Part shown: in pieces, positions 9,428 to 18,563 of the stretch
Numbering within the stretch: the stretch's first letter is position 1
How the letters are laid out: the number at the start of each line of letters is the position of its first letter
Assembly: GCA_963720755.1 (NCBI GenBank)
Contig: CAVRGP010000011.1
Location: forward strand, 576,001-640,000
Length of the DNA stretch: 64,000 bases
DNA from: an uncultured Chloroflexia bacterium
Lineage (GTDB): Bacteria; Chloroflexota; Limnocylindria; Limnocylindrales; CSP1-4
Direction of reading: 5' to 3'
Notes under the pieces: model-generated
What the model was told of the DNA's origin: nothing
Seen by the model: the letters and a program-made list of their open reading frames with translations, nothing else
Databases searched by the model: none
Made by a program: the position numbers and the translations under genes

Positions 9428-10876
9428 ATGCCACGGTCGGTCGCCCACCCGGAGTCCCCTGTGACCGAAACCCGAACCGTCGATCCGGACGATATCGCGC
9501 CCGCCGTCGAGGACCTCGACACGATCGTGTCGCTCTCGAAGCGACGCGGCTTCATCTTCCCGTCCAGCGAGATCTATGGCGGGATCAACGCCGTCTGGGA
9601 CTACGGACCCCTCGGTGTCGAACTCAAGAACAACGTCAAGCGAGCCTGGTGGCGGTCGATGGTCCAGGAACGCGACGATATCGTCGGACTCGATGCCGGG
9701 ATCCTGATGCACCCGCAGGTCTGGCTGACGTCCGGACACGTCGGATCGTTCAGCGACCCGCTCGTCGAGTGCCAGACCGACCACCGTCGGTTTCGGCTCG
9801 ACGAGTTGCCCGGCGCGGAGGCTCTGACCGCGACCGAACTGCAGGACCCGACCATCGTCGAGCGGCTCGGCCTGCGCTGCCCGGTCGACGGTGGGCCGCT
9901 GTCCGCACCGCGCCGGTTCAACCTGATGTTCAAGACGTTCATGGGGCCGGTCGAGGAGGACGCCTCGGTCATCTATCTCCGTCCGGAGACGGCGCAGGGC
10001 AGCTACGTCAACTTCAAGAACGTCCAGCAATCGTCGCGCAAGAAGCTGCCGTTCGGGATCGCCCAGATCGGCAAGTCGTTCCGCAACGAGATCAGTCCCG
10101 GCAATTTCGTCTTTCGGATGCGCGAGTTCGAGCAGATGGAGATGCAGTACTTCGTGCGCCCGGAAGCCGAAGCCGCCGCTGCGTTCGATGCGTGGCTGCC
10201 GAAACGGCTGGGCTGGTACGAACGCTACGGCGTGACGCCCGCCCGCCTGCGCCTGCGCGAGCACGCCCCCGACGAGCTCGCTCACTACGCCAAGAAGGCG
10301 ATCGATGTCGAATACCGGTTCCCGTTCGGGTGGAAGGAGCTGGAAGGCGTCCACAACCGGGGCGACTTCGACCTGTCGCGTCACTCGGAGGCGTCCGGTG
10401 AGAAGCTCGAGTACTTCGACCAGGCGACCGATGAGCATGTCATCCCCTGGATCGTCGAGACGGCCGCCGGAGCGGACCGCGCCGCGTTCACGTTCCTGAT
10501 CGACGCCTATCGCGAGGAGGAGGTCCGAGGCGAGAAACGGGTGTCGCTGGCGCTCCACCCCGACCTGGCTCCGTACAAGGTGGCGGTCCTGCCGCTGCTC
10601 AAGAAGCGGCCCGAGATCGTCGAGCTCTGCCACCGGATCAAGGCGGATCTGCAACGCCACACGATGGCGGTCTACGACGATACGGCGGCGATCGGCAAGC
10701 TCTATCGCCGGCAGGATGAGATCGGCACACCCTGGTGCATCACGGTCGACGTGGACTCGCTGGAGGACCGCGCCGTCACCGTCCGCGACCGCGACTCGAT
10801 GACCCAGGAGCGAGTCCCTGTCGAGGGGGTCACTCGGCTCATCCAGGATCGGCTGGAGGCCGCTCGGGTCGAGTAG
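9428..10876 (+). CDS. glyQS: Glycine--tRNA ligase, single-subunit (alpha2) type
   Basis: KRRGFIFPSSEIYGG, YLRPETAQG, GKSFRNEI, REFEQME, IGKLYRRQDEIGTP. Alternative GTG start at 9461. Confidence 0.97.
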   Translation: MPRSVAHPESPVTETRTVDPDDIAPAVEDLDTIVSLSKRRGFIFPSSEIYGGINAVWDYGPLGVELKNNVKRAWWRSMVQERDDIVGLDAGILMHPQVWLTSGHVGSFSDPLVECQTDHRRFRLDELPGAEALTATELQDPTIVERLGLRCPVDGGPLSAPRRFNLMFKTFMGPVEEDASVIYLRPETAQGSYVNFKNVQQSSRKKLPFGIAQIGKSFRNEISPGNFVFRMREFEQMEMQYFVRPEAEAAAAFDAWLPKRLGWYERYGVTPARLRLREHAPDELAHYAKKAIDVEYRFPFGWKELEGVHNRGDFDLSRHSEASGEKLEYFDQATDEHVIPWIVETAAGADRAAFTFLIDAYREEEVRGEKRVSLALHPDLAPYKVAVLPLLKKRPEIVELCHRIKADLQRHTMAVYDDTAAIGKLYRRQDEIGTPWCITVDVDSLEDRAVTVRDRDSMTQERVPVEGVTRLIQDRLEAARVE

Positions 10877-10897
10877 GCGCCGCTGGATCGCCCGCGC

Positions 10898-12373
10898 TCA
10901 GGCCCCGGTCGGTGCGGCTTCGCTCTCGGCTGCCGCGGGCTCCCCGAACCCGAGGTAGGTGTTGATCGCCGCTGCCGACCGCTTCCCGTCGCCCATGGCC
11001 AGGATCACGGTGGCCGCGCCGCGGACGATGTCGCCTCCGGCAAAGACGCCGTCCATGCTCGTCATCCCGGTCTCGTCGGTCTCGATGTAGCCGTATTCGC
11101 TGACCCGCAAGTCCGGCGCGGTCGACGTCAGGAGCGGGTTGGAACGGGTCCCGATCGCGACCACGACCATCTCGCACGGGATCTCGAATTCGGACCCGGG
11201 GATGACCACCGGCCGGGCTCGTCCTGACGCATCGGGCTCACCGAGCTCCATGCGCACGCAGCGAAGGGCGCGGACCCAGCCATCGTCGTCGCCCAGGACC
11301 TCGATCGGAGCGACCTGCAGGTCGAACCGGATCCCCTCGGCTTCGGCATGGTGGACCTCTTCGGCCCGGGCCGGGAGTTCATCGCGACCGCGCCGATAGA
11401 CGATCACCGCTTCGTCGGCTCCAAGGCGTCGGGCCGTCCGGACGGAGTCCATCGCGACGTTCCCGCCGCCGACGACCGCGACTCGCTGGCCATGGAGGAC
11501 CGGCGTCTCCGAATCGGGGTTCCAGGCGCCCATCAGGTTCACCCTGGTCAGGTACTCGTTGGCCGAGTAGACGCCCTTGAGGTTCTCGCCGGGAACGTCC
11601 ATGAACACCGGGAGCCCCGCCCCGACCGCGAGGAAGACCGCATCGAAGCGGTCCCGAAGTTCGGGCAGGGTATAGGTCTTGCCGATGATCGAATTCGGCA
11701 CGATCTTGACGCCGTCGGATACCAGCCGGTCCACCTCGGCCTGGACGATGTCCTTGGGCAACCGGAATTCCGGGATCCCGTAGACGAGGACGCCGCCGGC
11801 GGCATGGAACGCCTCGAAGATCGTCACGTCGTGGCCGCGCTTGACCAATTCGCCGGCCGCAGTCAGGCCGGCCGGTCCCGAGCCGACGATCGCGATCGTC
11901 TTTCCGGTCGCTACAGGCTTGGCGTGGATCAGTTCCTCCGGGTGCGCCTGGGCCCAGTCGGCGACGAATCGCTCGAGATGGCCGATCGCCACGGAGTTGC
12001 CTTTCTTTGCCCGCAGGCAGACACCCTCACACTGGTTCTCCTGCGGGCAGACGCGGCCGGTCACGCAGGGGAGGGCGTTGTCGTCGAGGAGCGAATCCGC
12101 CGCTCCGGGCAGGTCGCCCTCACGCAGCAGCTTCAGGAACCGCGGGATATTGACGCTGACCGGGCAGCCGCCGACGCAATAGGGTTTCGGACACTGGAGG
12201 CATCGCTCGGCTTCGAGCATCGCGATCTGCTGGGTCAGCCCGAGATTGACCTCTCTGAAGTTGACCGCCCGGACCGTCGGATCCTGTTCCGGCATCGACA
12301 CCCGCTCGATCGCCATCCGCTCCTTGGCGGTGAGCAGGTGGATCGGCTCGACGGTGGGTTCCTCGTCGGTCAT
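10898..12373 (-). CDS. nfnB: NfnB/SudA-like large subunit (GltD-family Fe-S flavoprotein)
   Basis: CLQC..C..GCP and GRVCPQENQCEGVC Fe-S motifs, GSGPAGL, YGIPEFRLPK, GGGNVAMD, AGGDIVRGAATV. Partnered with an NfnA-like gene rather than gltB. Confidence 0.88.
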   Translation of the reverse strand: MTDEEPTVEPIHLLTAKERMAIERVSMPEQDPTVRAVNFREVNLGLTQQIAMLEAERCLQCPKPYCVGGCPVSVNIPRFLKLLREGDLPGAADSLLDDNALPCVTGRVCPQENQCEGVCLRAKKGNSVAIGHLERFVADWAQAHPEELIHAKPVATGKTIAIVGSGPAGLTAAGELVKRGHDVTIFEAFHAAGGVLVYGIPEFRLPKDIVQAEVDRLVSDGVKIVPNSIIGKTYTLPELRDRFDAVFLAVGAGLPVFMDVPGENLKGVYSANEYLTRVNLMGAWNPDSETPVLHGQRVAVVGGGNVAMDSVRTARRLGADEAVIVYRRGRDELPARAEEVHHAEAEGIRFDLQVAPIEVLGDDDGWVRALRCVRMELGEPDASGRARPVVIPGSEFEIPCEMVVVAIGTRSNPLLTSTAPDLRVSEYGYIETDETGMTSMDGVFAGGDIVRGAATVILAMGDGKRSAAAINTYLGFGEPAAAESEAAPTGA

Positions 12374-13272
12374 CGGGCGGCCGTTCCTGCGGTCGGGCCG
12401 GTCGGACCGGCACTGGCGCCCGTCGCACCGGCATGTTCGGCCAGGCCGGGGATCAGGCAGGCTTCGCGTCTGGCCAGCGTCTGCTGTTCGAACGCCTTAT
12501 AGGTCGTGAGCCGGTCGGCGAGGCTCTTGAAGTCGACGGTGTGGCCGTCGAATTCCGGGCCGTCGACGCAGGCGTACTTGGTCGCCCCGTCGATCGACAC
12601 GCGACACCCGCCGCACATCCCGGTCCCGTCGACCATGATCGCGTTGAGCGAGACGGTGGTCTGGATGCCGTACGGACGAGTCAGCTCCGACACGGCCCGC
12701 ATCATCGGGACCGGTCCGACCGCGAAGACCTCGTCGATCCCGCCCAGCTCACACAGATCCTTGAGCGCCTCGGTGACGAATCCGTGCCGACCGTAGCTGC
12801 CGTCGTCGGTACAGACGATGACGTCGCCGGCCGTGCGAAGCTCGTCTTCCAGGATCACCCACTCCTGCGAGCGTCCTCCGATGATGCTCGTCACCGCCAC
12901 GCCGCGCCGGTGGAGTTCCTGGGCGATGGGATAGACCACCGCCGTGCCCACGCCGCCGCCGACGCACACCGCGTGCCCGGTCTCGAGCAGGTCCGTCGCG
13001 CGGCCGAGGGGTCCAGCCACGTCCCGGATCGCGTCGCCTGGCTGGAGCGCGACCAGGCCCATCGTGCTGGCCCCGACCGACTGGATGATCAGGCTGATCG
13101 TGCCCTTGACCGGATCGGCATCGGCGATCGTCAGCGGGATCCGTTCGGCCCCTTCATCGAGTCGGACGATGACGAACTGTCCCGGACGACGGATCTCGGC
13201 GATCCGCGGTGCCTCGAGGACAAGGCGTGTGACGTTCGGCGAGAGTTGTTCGCGCTCGATGATCGGATGCAT
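12370..13272 (-). CDS. nfnA: NfnA/SudB-like small subunit (FAD, 2Fe-2S)
   Basis: PGQFVIV, ERIPLTIAD, GPLG, GGGVGTA, DGTGMCGGCRV..ACVDGPEFD. ATGA overlap with nfnB. Confidence 0.9.
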   Translation of the reverse strand: MHPIIEREQLSPNVTRLVLEAPRIAEIRRPGQFVIVRLDEGAERIPLTIADADPVKGTISLIIQSVGASTMGLVALQPGDAIRDVAGPLGRATDLLETGHAVCVGGGVGTAVVYPIAQELHRRGVAVTSIIGGRSQEWVILEDELRTAGDVIVCTDDGSYGRHGFVTEALKDLCELGGIDEVFAVGPVPMMRAVSELTRPYGIQTTVSLNAIMVDGTGMCGGCRVSIDGATKYACVDGPEFDGHTVDFKSLADRLTTYKAFEQQTLARREACLIPGLAEHAGATGASAGPTGPTAGTAAR

Positions 13273-13407
13273 TGACCGCCTGCGTTCGTGTTCGGCCCAT
13301 TGTGGCCCGTAATCCCGATGCTACGGTCCGGCGGTCGTTGCCCCATGCGTCAGGCGGCCCATTCCATGCGGGCCGAATGGCACGTGCCGCAGGAGGGAGC
13401 GGCCGGC

Positions 13408-14214
13408 TCAGCCGCGAAGGAGCGCCGCATCCTTGCCTTTCGGCCAGTACAGCTCCTTCTTGACGTGGAATTCGGGGAAGCCGAGGTCCATCAGGAGCGA
13501 TTCGCTGTTCAGGATCATGTCGGGATTACCGCAGATGTAGACGACCGTGCGGTCCGGCCGCAGGTGGAGGTCCTTGCACACGCTCGCGACGACCTGCTCG
13601 ACTCGCCCCGTCCGCCCGGTCCAGCCGACGTTGCGCGGGTCATCCGGACGGCTGATGGTCGGGACGTACGTGACCGGATACGTCCCGTCCCGCTGCCATG
13701 CTTCGAGCTCGTCCCGATAGCCGAGCTCGTCGACGTACGAACACCCGTGCAGGACGACCGTCTTGCGAGGGTGCCCTTCTGCGAGCGTCTCGCGGATCAT
13801 CGAGATGAACGGGGCGATGCCGGTCCCGGTCGAGATGAACAAGTGGGTTCGGGCGTCAGTCGGTTCGAGGAGGAACTTGCCCTTGGGTCCGATCATCCGC
13901 ATGGCATGGCCGACCGGCAGCCGCCACAGCAACGTCGTGAATCGGATGATGGGGACGAGGCGCACGTAGAACTCGTACCCGCCATCCGCTGACTCGCGCG
14001 GCGCGGACGCGACCGAATAGGGCCGCTGCCACAGCTTCCCGTCGGCAAAGACGCCGATCGTCATGTACTGACCAGGTTCGAACGCGATCGGCTCGCCATC
14101 GAGCTTCACCCAGAAGTAGGCCAGGTCGTCCGTGTGGTCGACCCGTCGCACCAGGGTGGCGTTGTACTGGGGCGCGCTCGCCTCGATGACGCGATCGTCG
14201 TTCGGCAGGCTCAT
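13408..14214 (-). CDS. fpr: Ferredoxin--NADP+ reductase (bacterial Fpr type)
   Basis: FEPGQY, RPYSVAS, STGTGIAPFISM, YICGNPDMI, C-terminal ELYW. GGAG RBS upstream of ATG 14214. Confidence 0.85.
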   Translation of the reverse strand: MSLPNDDRVIEASAPQYNATLVRRVDHTDDLAYFWVKLDGEPIAFEPGQYMTIGVFADGKLWQRPYSVASAPRESADGGYEFYVRLVPIIRFTTLLWRLPVGHAMRMIGPKGKFLLEPTDARTHLFISTGTGIAPFISMIRETLAEGHPRKTVVLHGCSYVDELGYRDELEAWQRDGTYPVTYVPTISRPDDPRNVGWTGRTGRVEQVVASVCKDLHLRPDRTVVYICGNPDMILNSESLLMDLGFPEFHVKKELYWPKGKDAALLRG

Positions 14215-14396
14215 TCGGTCGGTCTCCGTCGGATCCGTGGGTTTCGTCCACCCGATGGTACCCGGGAGACCGACCGTGAGGGTTCTCAGGCGGCAACCGG
14301 AGTCCATCCGGCCGCGACGGTACAATCGATGTGAACCATCAGCATCCAGCCCGCGGCCGCTCGAGAGCCGCCGCAAGCCCCGGAAGGATCCGCCCG

Positions 14397-17171
14397 ATGA
14401 CCTCGACCGCCTCGTCTCCAAGTGACCGCGCGCACGAAGCCGCCAAGCGCTACATCTACGCCTGGGGCGGGGGCAAGGCCGAGGGTGACTCGTCGATGCG
14501 TGACCTGCTGGGCGGGAAGGGCGCCGGCCTCGCCGAGATGACCAATGCCGGTTTGCCGGTTCCGCCAGGCTTCACCATCACGACCGAGGCCTGCAACGAC
14601 TATTTCTCGGCCGGCCAGCGGCTCCCCGATGGGCTCTGGGCGGACGTCCTCGAGGCGGTCCGCGAGGTCGAGACCCTGACCGGCAAGGGCTTCGGCCGCG
14701 CAGCGGATCCGCTCCTGGTCAGCGTGCGCTCCGGCGCCAAGTTCTCCATGCCCGGGATGATGGATACGGTCCTGAACCTGGGTTTGAACGAAGAGACGCT
14801 GCAGGGACTGGTCGCCCTGACCGGCAATGAGCGCTTCGGCTGGGATGCGTACCGGCGCTTCATCCAGATGTTCGGGCGGATCGTCATGGACGTGAAGGGC
14901 GAGCGTTTCGACCACGCGCTCGACGCCGCCAAGGCCGCCCACGGCGCTGCCCAGGACACAGAGCTGGATGCGGCAGCGCTCAAGGCGTTGACCGGCACCT
15001 TCAAGGACATCGTTCGCGAGGATACGGGTCGTGAATTCCCGAGCGATCCACTCGACCAGCTCGACCTCGCCATCAAGGCCGTCTTTGCCAGCTGGTTCGG
15101 CAAGCGGGCGACGGACTATCGAAACAACCAGAAGATCGCCCACGATCTCGGTACCGCGGTCAACGTCGTGACCATGGTCTTCGGCAACATGGGAGATGAC
15201 TCCGGGACGGGCGTCGCCTTCACCCGTGACCCGAACACCGGGGAGAAGGTCCTGTTCGGCGAGTACCTGACCAACGCCCAGGGCGAGGACGTCGTGGCCG
15301 GGATCCGGACCGCTCCGAAGATCAGCCAGATGGCGACCGAGATGCCCGCCGTCTACACCGAGTTCCTGCGGATCGGTGAACAGCTGGAACGACACTACCG
15401 TGACGTCCAGGATCTCGAATTCACGATCGAGCGCGGCAAGCTCTACATGCTCCAGACGCGCTCCGCCAAACGGACCGCCGCGGCCGCTGTGAAGATCGCC
15501 GCCGACCTCGTGGACGAGGGCCTGATCACTCGCGACGAGGCGCTCATGCGGATCGAGCCGGCGCACGTCGACCAGCTCCTGCGCGACCAGTTCGACCCCG
15601 CCGCACGCGCCTCCGCGGCACGGATCGCCAAGGGTCTGAACGCCTCTCCAGGGGCCGCCGTCGGACGGGCCGTCTTCGACGCCGACACCGCCGTGGAATG
15701 GGTCGAGCGGGGCGAGCGGGTGGTACTCGTCCGCGTGGAGACGTCACCGGACGACTTTCACGGGATGGCCGTGGCCCAGGGCATCCTGACCGCCCGTGGT
15801 GGCGCCACCAGTCACGCCGCCGTCGTTGCCCGCCAGATCGGCAAGCCGTGCGTGGCCGGGTGTCACGACCTGGCCGTCGATTACGGGACGAAGACCGCGA
15901 CCGCCGATGGCATCTCGTTCGCCGAGGGCGACTGGATCAGCGTCGACGGCAGCACTGGCGAGGTGTTCGTCGGGGCGTTGCCCACCGTCTCGGCCCGATT
16001 CGAGGACCAGCCCGAACTGCAGCGCATCCTGGATTGGGCCGATGAGGTCCGACGGATGGAGGTCTGGACGAACGCCGACAAGCCCGAAGAGGCGGCCATG
16101 GCGCGAAGTTACGGCGCCCAGGGGATCGGTCTGTGCCGGACCGAGCACATGTTCCGTGAAGGGGAGCGGCTGGAGATCGTCCGCGGGGCGATCCTGGTCG
16201 CCAACGTCGCGACTCGGGCCAAGGCCAGGCGAGCGACGGGGGCGGCCCTCGATGCCGACGAGGCCGATGCCGTCGCCACCTTCGACGCGGCGATGGCCAA
16301 GCTGGAGGTCCTCCAGCAGGGCGACTTCGAGGGGATCTTCCGGGCGATGGACGGGCTGCCGGTGGTGGTCCGCCTGATCGATCCGCCACTCCACGAGTTC
16401 CTGCCCAACCTCGAGGAACAACTGGTCAAGGTCACCCGGGCCGAAGCGACCGGCGGCGCGTCCGACGAGGACAAGGAGCTGCTCGCGACGATCCAGAGCA
16501 TGCACGAGCAGAACCCGATGCTCGGTCTGCGCGGCTGCCGGCTGGGCCTGATGATCCCCGATTTCGTCAAGGTCCAAACGCGGGCGATCCTCAATGCCCT
16601 GATCGCGGTCAAGGCATCCGGCGGCCACCCGAAGGCCAAGATCATGATCCCGCTGGTCGGGCACGTGAACGAATTGAAGGCGACGAAGGACTTGCTGGAG
16701 GCCGAGGCGAAGGCAGTCGAATCGGCGGCCGGCGTCGACGTCGAGTACGTCTTCGGGACGATGATCGAAGTCCCGCGCGGGGCCTTGACCGCTGACGAGA
16801 TCGCTCGTCATGCGGCGTTCTTCAGCTTCGGCACGAACGACCTGACCCAGATGACGTTCGGCTATAGCCGCGACGATGCAGAGGGTGGGTTCCTCCTCAA
16901 GTACGTCGAGGATGGGATCCTGCCGGTCAACCCGTTCCAGACCCTGGACGATGCGGTCGCCGGGCTGATGCGGACCGCCGTCGAGAAGGGCCGGTCGACC
17001 CGCCCCGATCTGGAACTGGGGATCTGCGGCGAGCATGGCGGTGACCCCGAGTCGATCCACAAGTGCGAACGGATCGGCCTGGACTATGTGTCGTGTTCGC
17101 CGTTCCGGGTCCCGGTCGCCAGACTCGCCGCTGCCCAGGCGGTACTCGCAGGCGTCGAACGCGATCGCTAG
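14397..17171 (+). CDS. ppdK: Pyruvate, phosphate dikinase
   Basis: LLGGKGAGLAEM, SVRSGA..SMPGMMDT, GGATSHAAVVAR, GIGLCRTEHM, FSFGTNDLTQ, GICGEHGG. TACAAT -10 at 14321-14326. Confidence 0.97.
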   Translation: MTSTASSPSDRAHEAAKRYIYAWGGGKAEGDSSMRDLLGGKGAGLAEMTNAGLPVPPGFTITTEACNDYFSAGQRLPDGLWADVLEAVREVETLTGKGFGRAADPLLVSVRSGAKFSMPGMMDTVLNLGLNEETLQGLVALTGNERFGWDAYRRFIQMFGRIVMDVKGERFDHALDAAKAAHGAAQDTELDAAALKALTGTFKDIVREDTGREFPSDPLDQLDLAIKAVFASWFGKRATDYRNNQKIAHDLGTAVNVVTMVFGNMGDDSGTGVAFTRDPNTGEKVLFGEYLTNAQGEDVVAGIRTAPKISQMATEMPAVYTEFLRIGEQLERHYRDVQDLEFTIERGKLYMLQTRSAKRTAAAAVKIAADLVDEGLITRDEALMRIEPAHVDQLLRDQFDPAARASAARIAKGLNASPGAAVGRAVFDADTAVEWVERGERVVLVRVETSPDDFHGMAVAQGILTARGGATSHAAVVARQIGKPCVAGCHDLAVDYGTKTATADGISFAEGDWISVDGSTGEVFVGALPTVSARFEDQPELQRILDWADEVRRMEVWTNADKPEEAAMARSYGAQGIGLCRTEHMFREGERLEIVRGAILVANVATRAKARRATGAALDADEADAVATFDAAMAKLEVLQQGDFEGIFRAMDGLPVVVRLIDPPLHEFLPNLEEQLVKVTRAEATGGASDEDKELLATIQSMHEQNPMLGLRGCRLGLMIPDFVKVQTRAILNALIAVKASGGHPKAKIMIPLVGHVNELKATKDLLEAEAKAVESAAGVDVEYVFGTMIEVPRGALTADEIARHAAFFSFGTNDLTQMTFGYSRDDAEGGFLLKYVEDGILPVNPFQTLDDAVAGLMRTAVEKGRSTRPDLELGICGEHGGDPESIHKCERIGLDYVSCSPFRVPVARLAAAQAVLAGVERDR

Positions 17172-17198
17172 CTCTCGGTCAGGTCAGGCCCGCACTCG

Positions 17199-18449
17199 AT
17201 GACCGGTCGGGCGCGGAGCCTGTTCCTCGATACCACCCCGCTTCGGCGCGATCGAGACTACCGCTGGTTGTGGTCCGGTCAGGTCGTCAACGGGATCGGC
17301 AATCAGATCACCAGGATCGCTCTCCCGTATCAGGTCTACGTGCTGACGGGCTCGACCCTTGCCATCGCGGCGCTGACCTTGTTCCAGCTCGTGCCGATCC
17401 TCCTGTTCGCGCTCGGAGCCGGCTCGCTGGCGGACGTGATGGATCGGCGTCGCCTGCTGATGATCACCCAGACCGGGCTGGCGGCGTGCAGTCTGGTCCT
17501 CGCCCTGCTCGCAGCCGGCGGCGCCCCACCGGTCGGGGTGTTATTCGTGGTGGCATTCCTGGCCGCCGGTCTGGCGGCGGTCGATCAACCGGCGCGAGCG
17601 TCCGCCATCCCCCGGCTGGTCCCGGCGGTTCGGCTACCCTCGGCGATCGCGCTCAACCAGCTCAACTTCCAGATGGCCTCGATCGTCGGCCCCGCGATCG
17701 GCGGGCTGCTCATCGCGACAGTCGGGCTCGCCGGTGCGTACACCGTCGACCTGGTCAGCTTCATCGCGTCCTTCGTCGCCCTGCTGGCAATCCATCCGCT
17801 GCCGCCGATCGGGGCGGTGAGCCGGCCGGGTCTGGCGGCCATCCGGGAGGGGCTCCGATTCGCGCGCCAGCGCCGGGCGATCCTCGGATCGTTCGTGATC
17901 GATCTCAACGCGATGATCTTCGGCATGCCGACGTCGTTGTTCCCGGTGCTCGCGCTCGACGTGTTCGGGACGGGGGCGGCGGGGTTCGGATTGATGGCCG
18001 CGGCCCCGGCTGCCGGGGCGTTCCTCGGCGCGTTGCTGTCCGGCTGGGTCAAGTCAGTCGACAGGATCGGTCGGGCGATCCTCCTCGCCGTCGCCGCGTG
18101 GGGACTGGCGATCACCGCGTTCGGGCTGGTCACCGTGTCGTTTCCCTTGGCGCTCGTTTGCCTGGCGGTCGCCGGCGCGGCCGATGTGTTCTCGGCGGTG
18201 TTCCGCTCGACCCTCGTCCAGCTGGATACGCCCGACAACCTGCGCGGCCGGGTCTCCTCGATCCACACCCTGGTCGTGACCAGTGGTCCGCGCCTGGGCG
18301 ATATCGAAGCGGCGATCGTTGCGACCCTGACCAGCCCGCAGTTCGCGGTCGTGTCCGGCGGTCTCCTCTGCGTTGCCGGGGTCGCGGTCGTTGCCCGGCA
18401 GTTCCCGGAACTCGCCAACCACATGATCCGGCGGCCCGCGTCAACGTGA
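17199..18449 (+). CDS. MFS transporter (EntS/DHA3-like)
   Basis: About 12 hydrophobic segments, GSLADVMDRRRLL motif A, D(L)NAMIFGMP, TPDNLRGRVSS. Confidence 0.88.
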   Translation: MTGRARSLFLDTTPLRRDRDYRWLWSGQVVNGIGNQITRIALPYQVYVLTGSTLAIAALTLFQLVPILLFALGAGSLADVMDRRRLLMITQTGLAACSLVLALLAAGGAPPVGVLFVVAFLAAGLAAVDQPARASAIPRLVPAVRLPSAIALNQLNFQMASIVGPAIGGLLIATVGLAGAYTVDLVSFIASFVALLAIHPLPPIGAVSRPGLAAIREGLRFARQRRAILGSFVIDLNAMIFGMPTSLFPVLALDVFGTGAAGFGLMAAAPAAGAFLGALLSGWVKSVDRIGRAILLAVAAWGLAITAFGLVTVSFPLALVCLAVAGAADVFSAVFRSTLVQLDTPDNLRGRVSSIHTLVVTSGPRLGDIEAAIVATLTSPQFAVVSGGLLCVAGVAVVARQFPELANHMIRRPAST

Positions 18450-18563
18450 ACGACCGTTTCCGGACCGCACCAATTCCGGGCGCAGGGACTTGACCCGATC
18501 GGGTGGATGGCCAATGGTACGAAGGTCATCATCCCATCCGCGTATCTGGTCCGACCTCGCCCG

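Noticed and set aside
7985-10660. 891-aa minus-strand ORF and many other long antisense ORFs (for example 2885-4540, 19464-21152, 61201-62904)
   Set aside because: These are shadow frames of well-supported genes in high-GC DNA, Arg/Pro-rich and without recognisable motifs.
10898-12373. Glutamate synthase small subunit (gltD)
   Set aside because: No gltB is adjacent; the gene is coupled to an NfnA/SudB-type partner.
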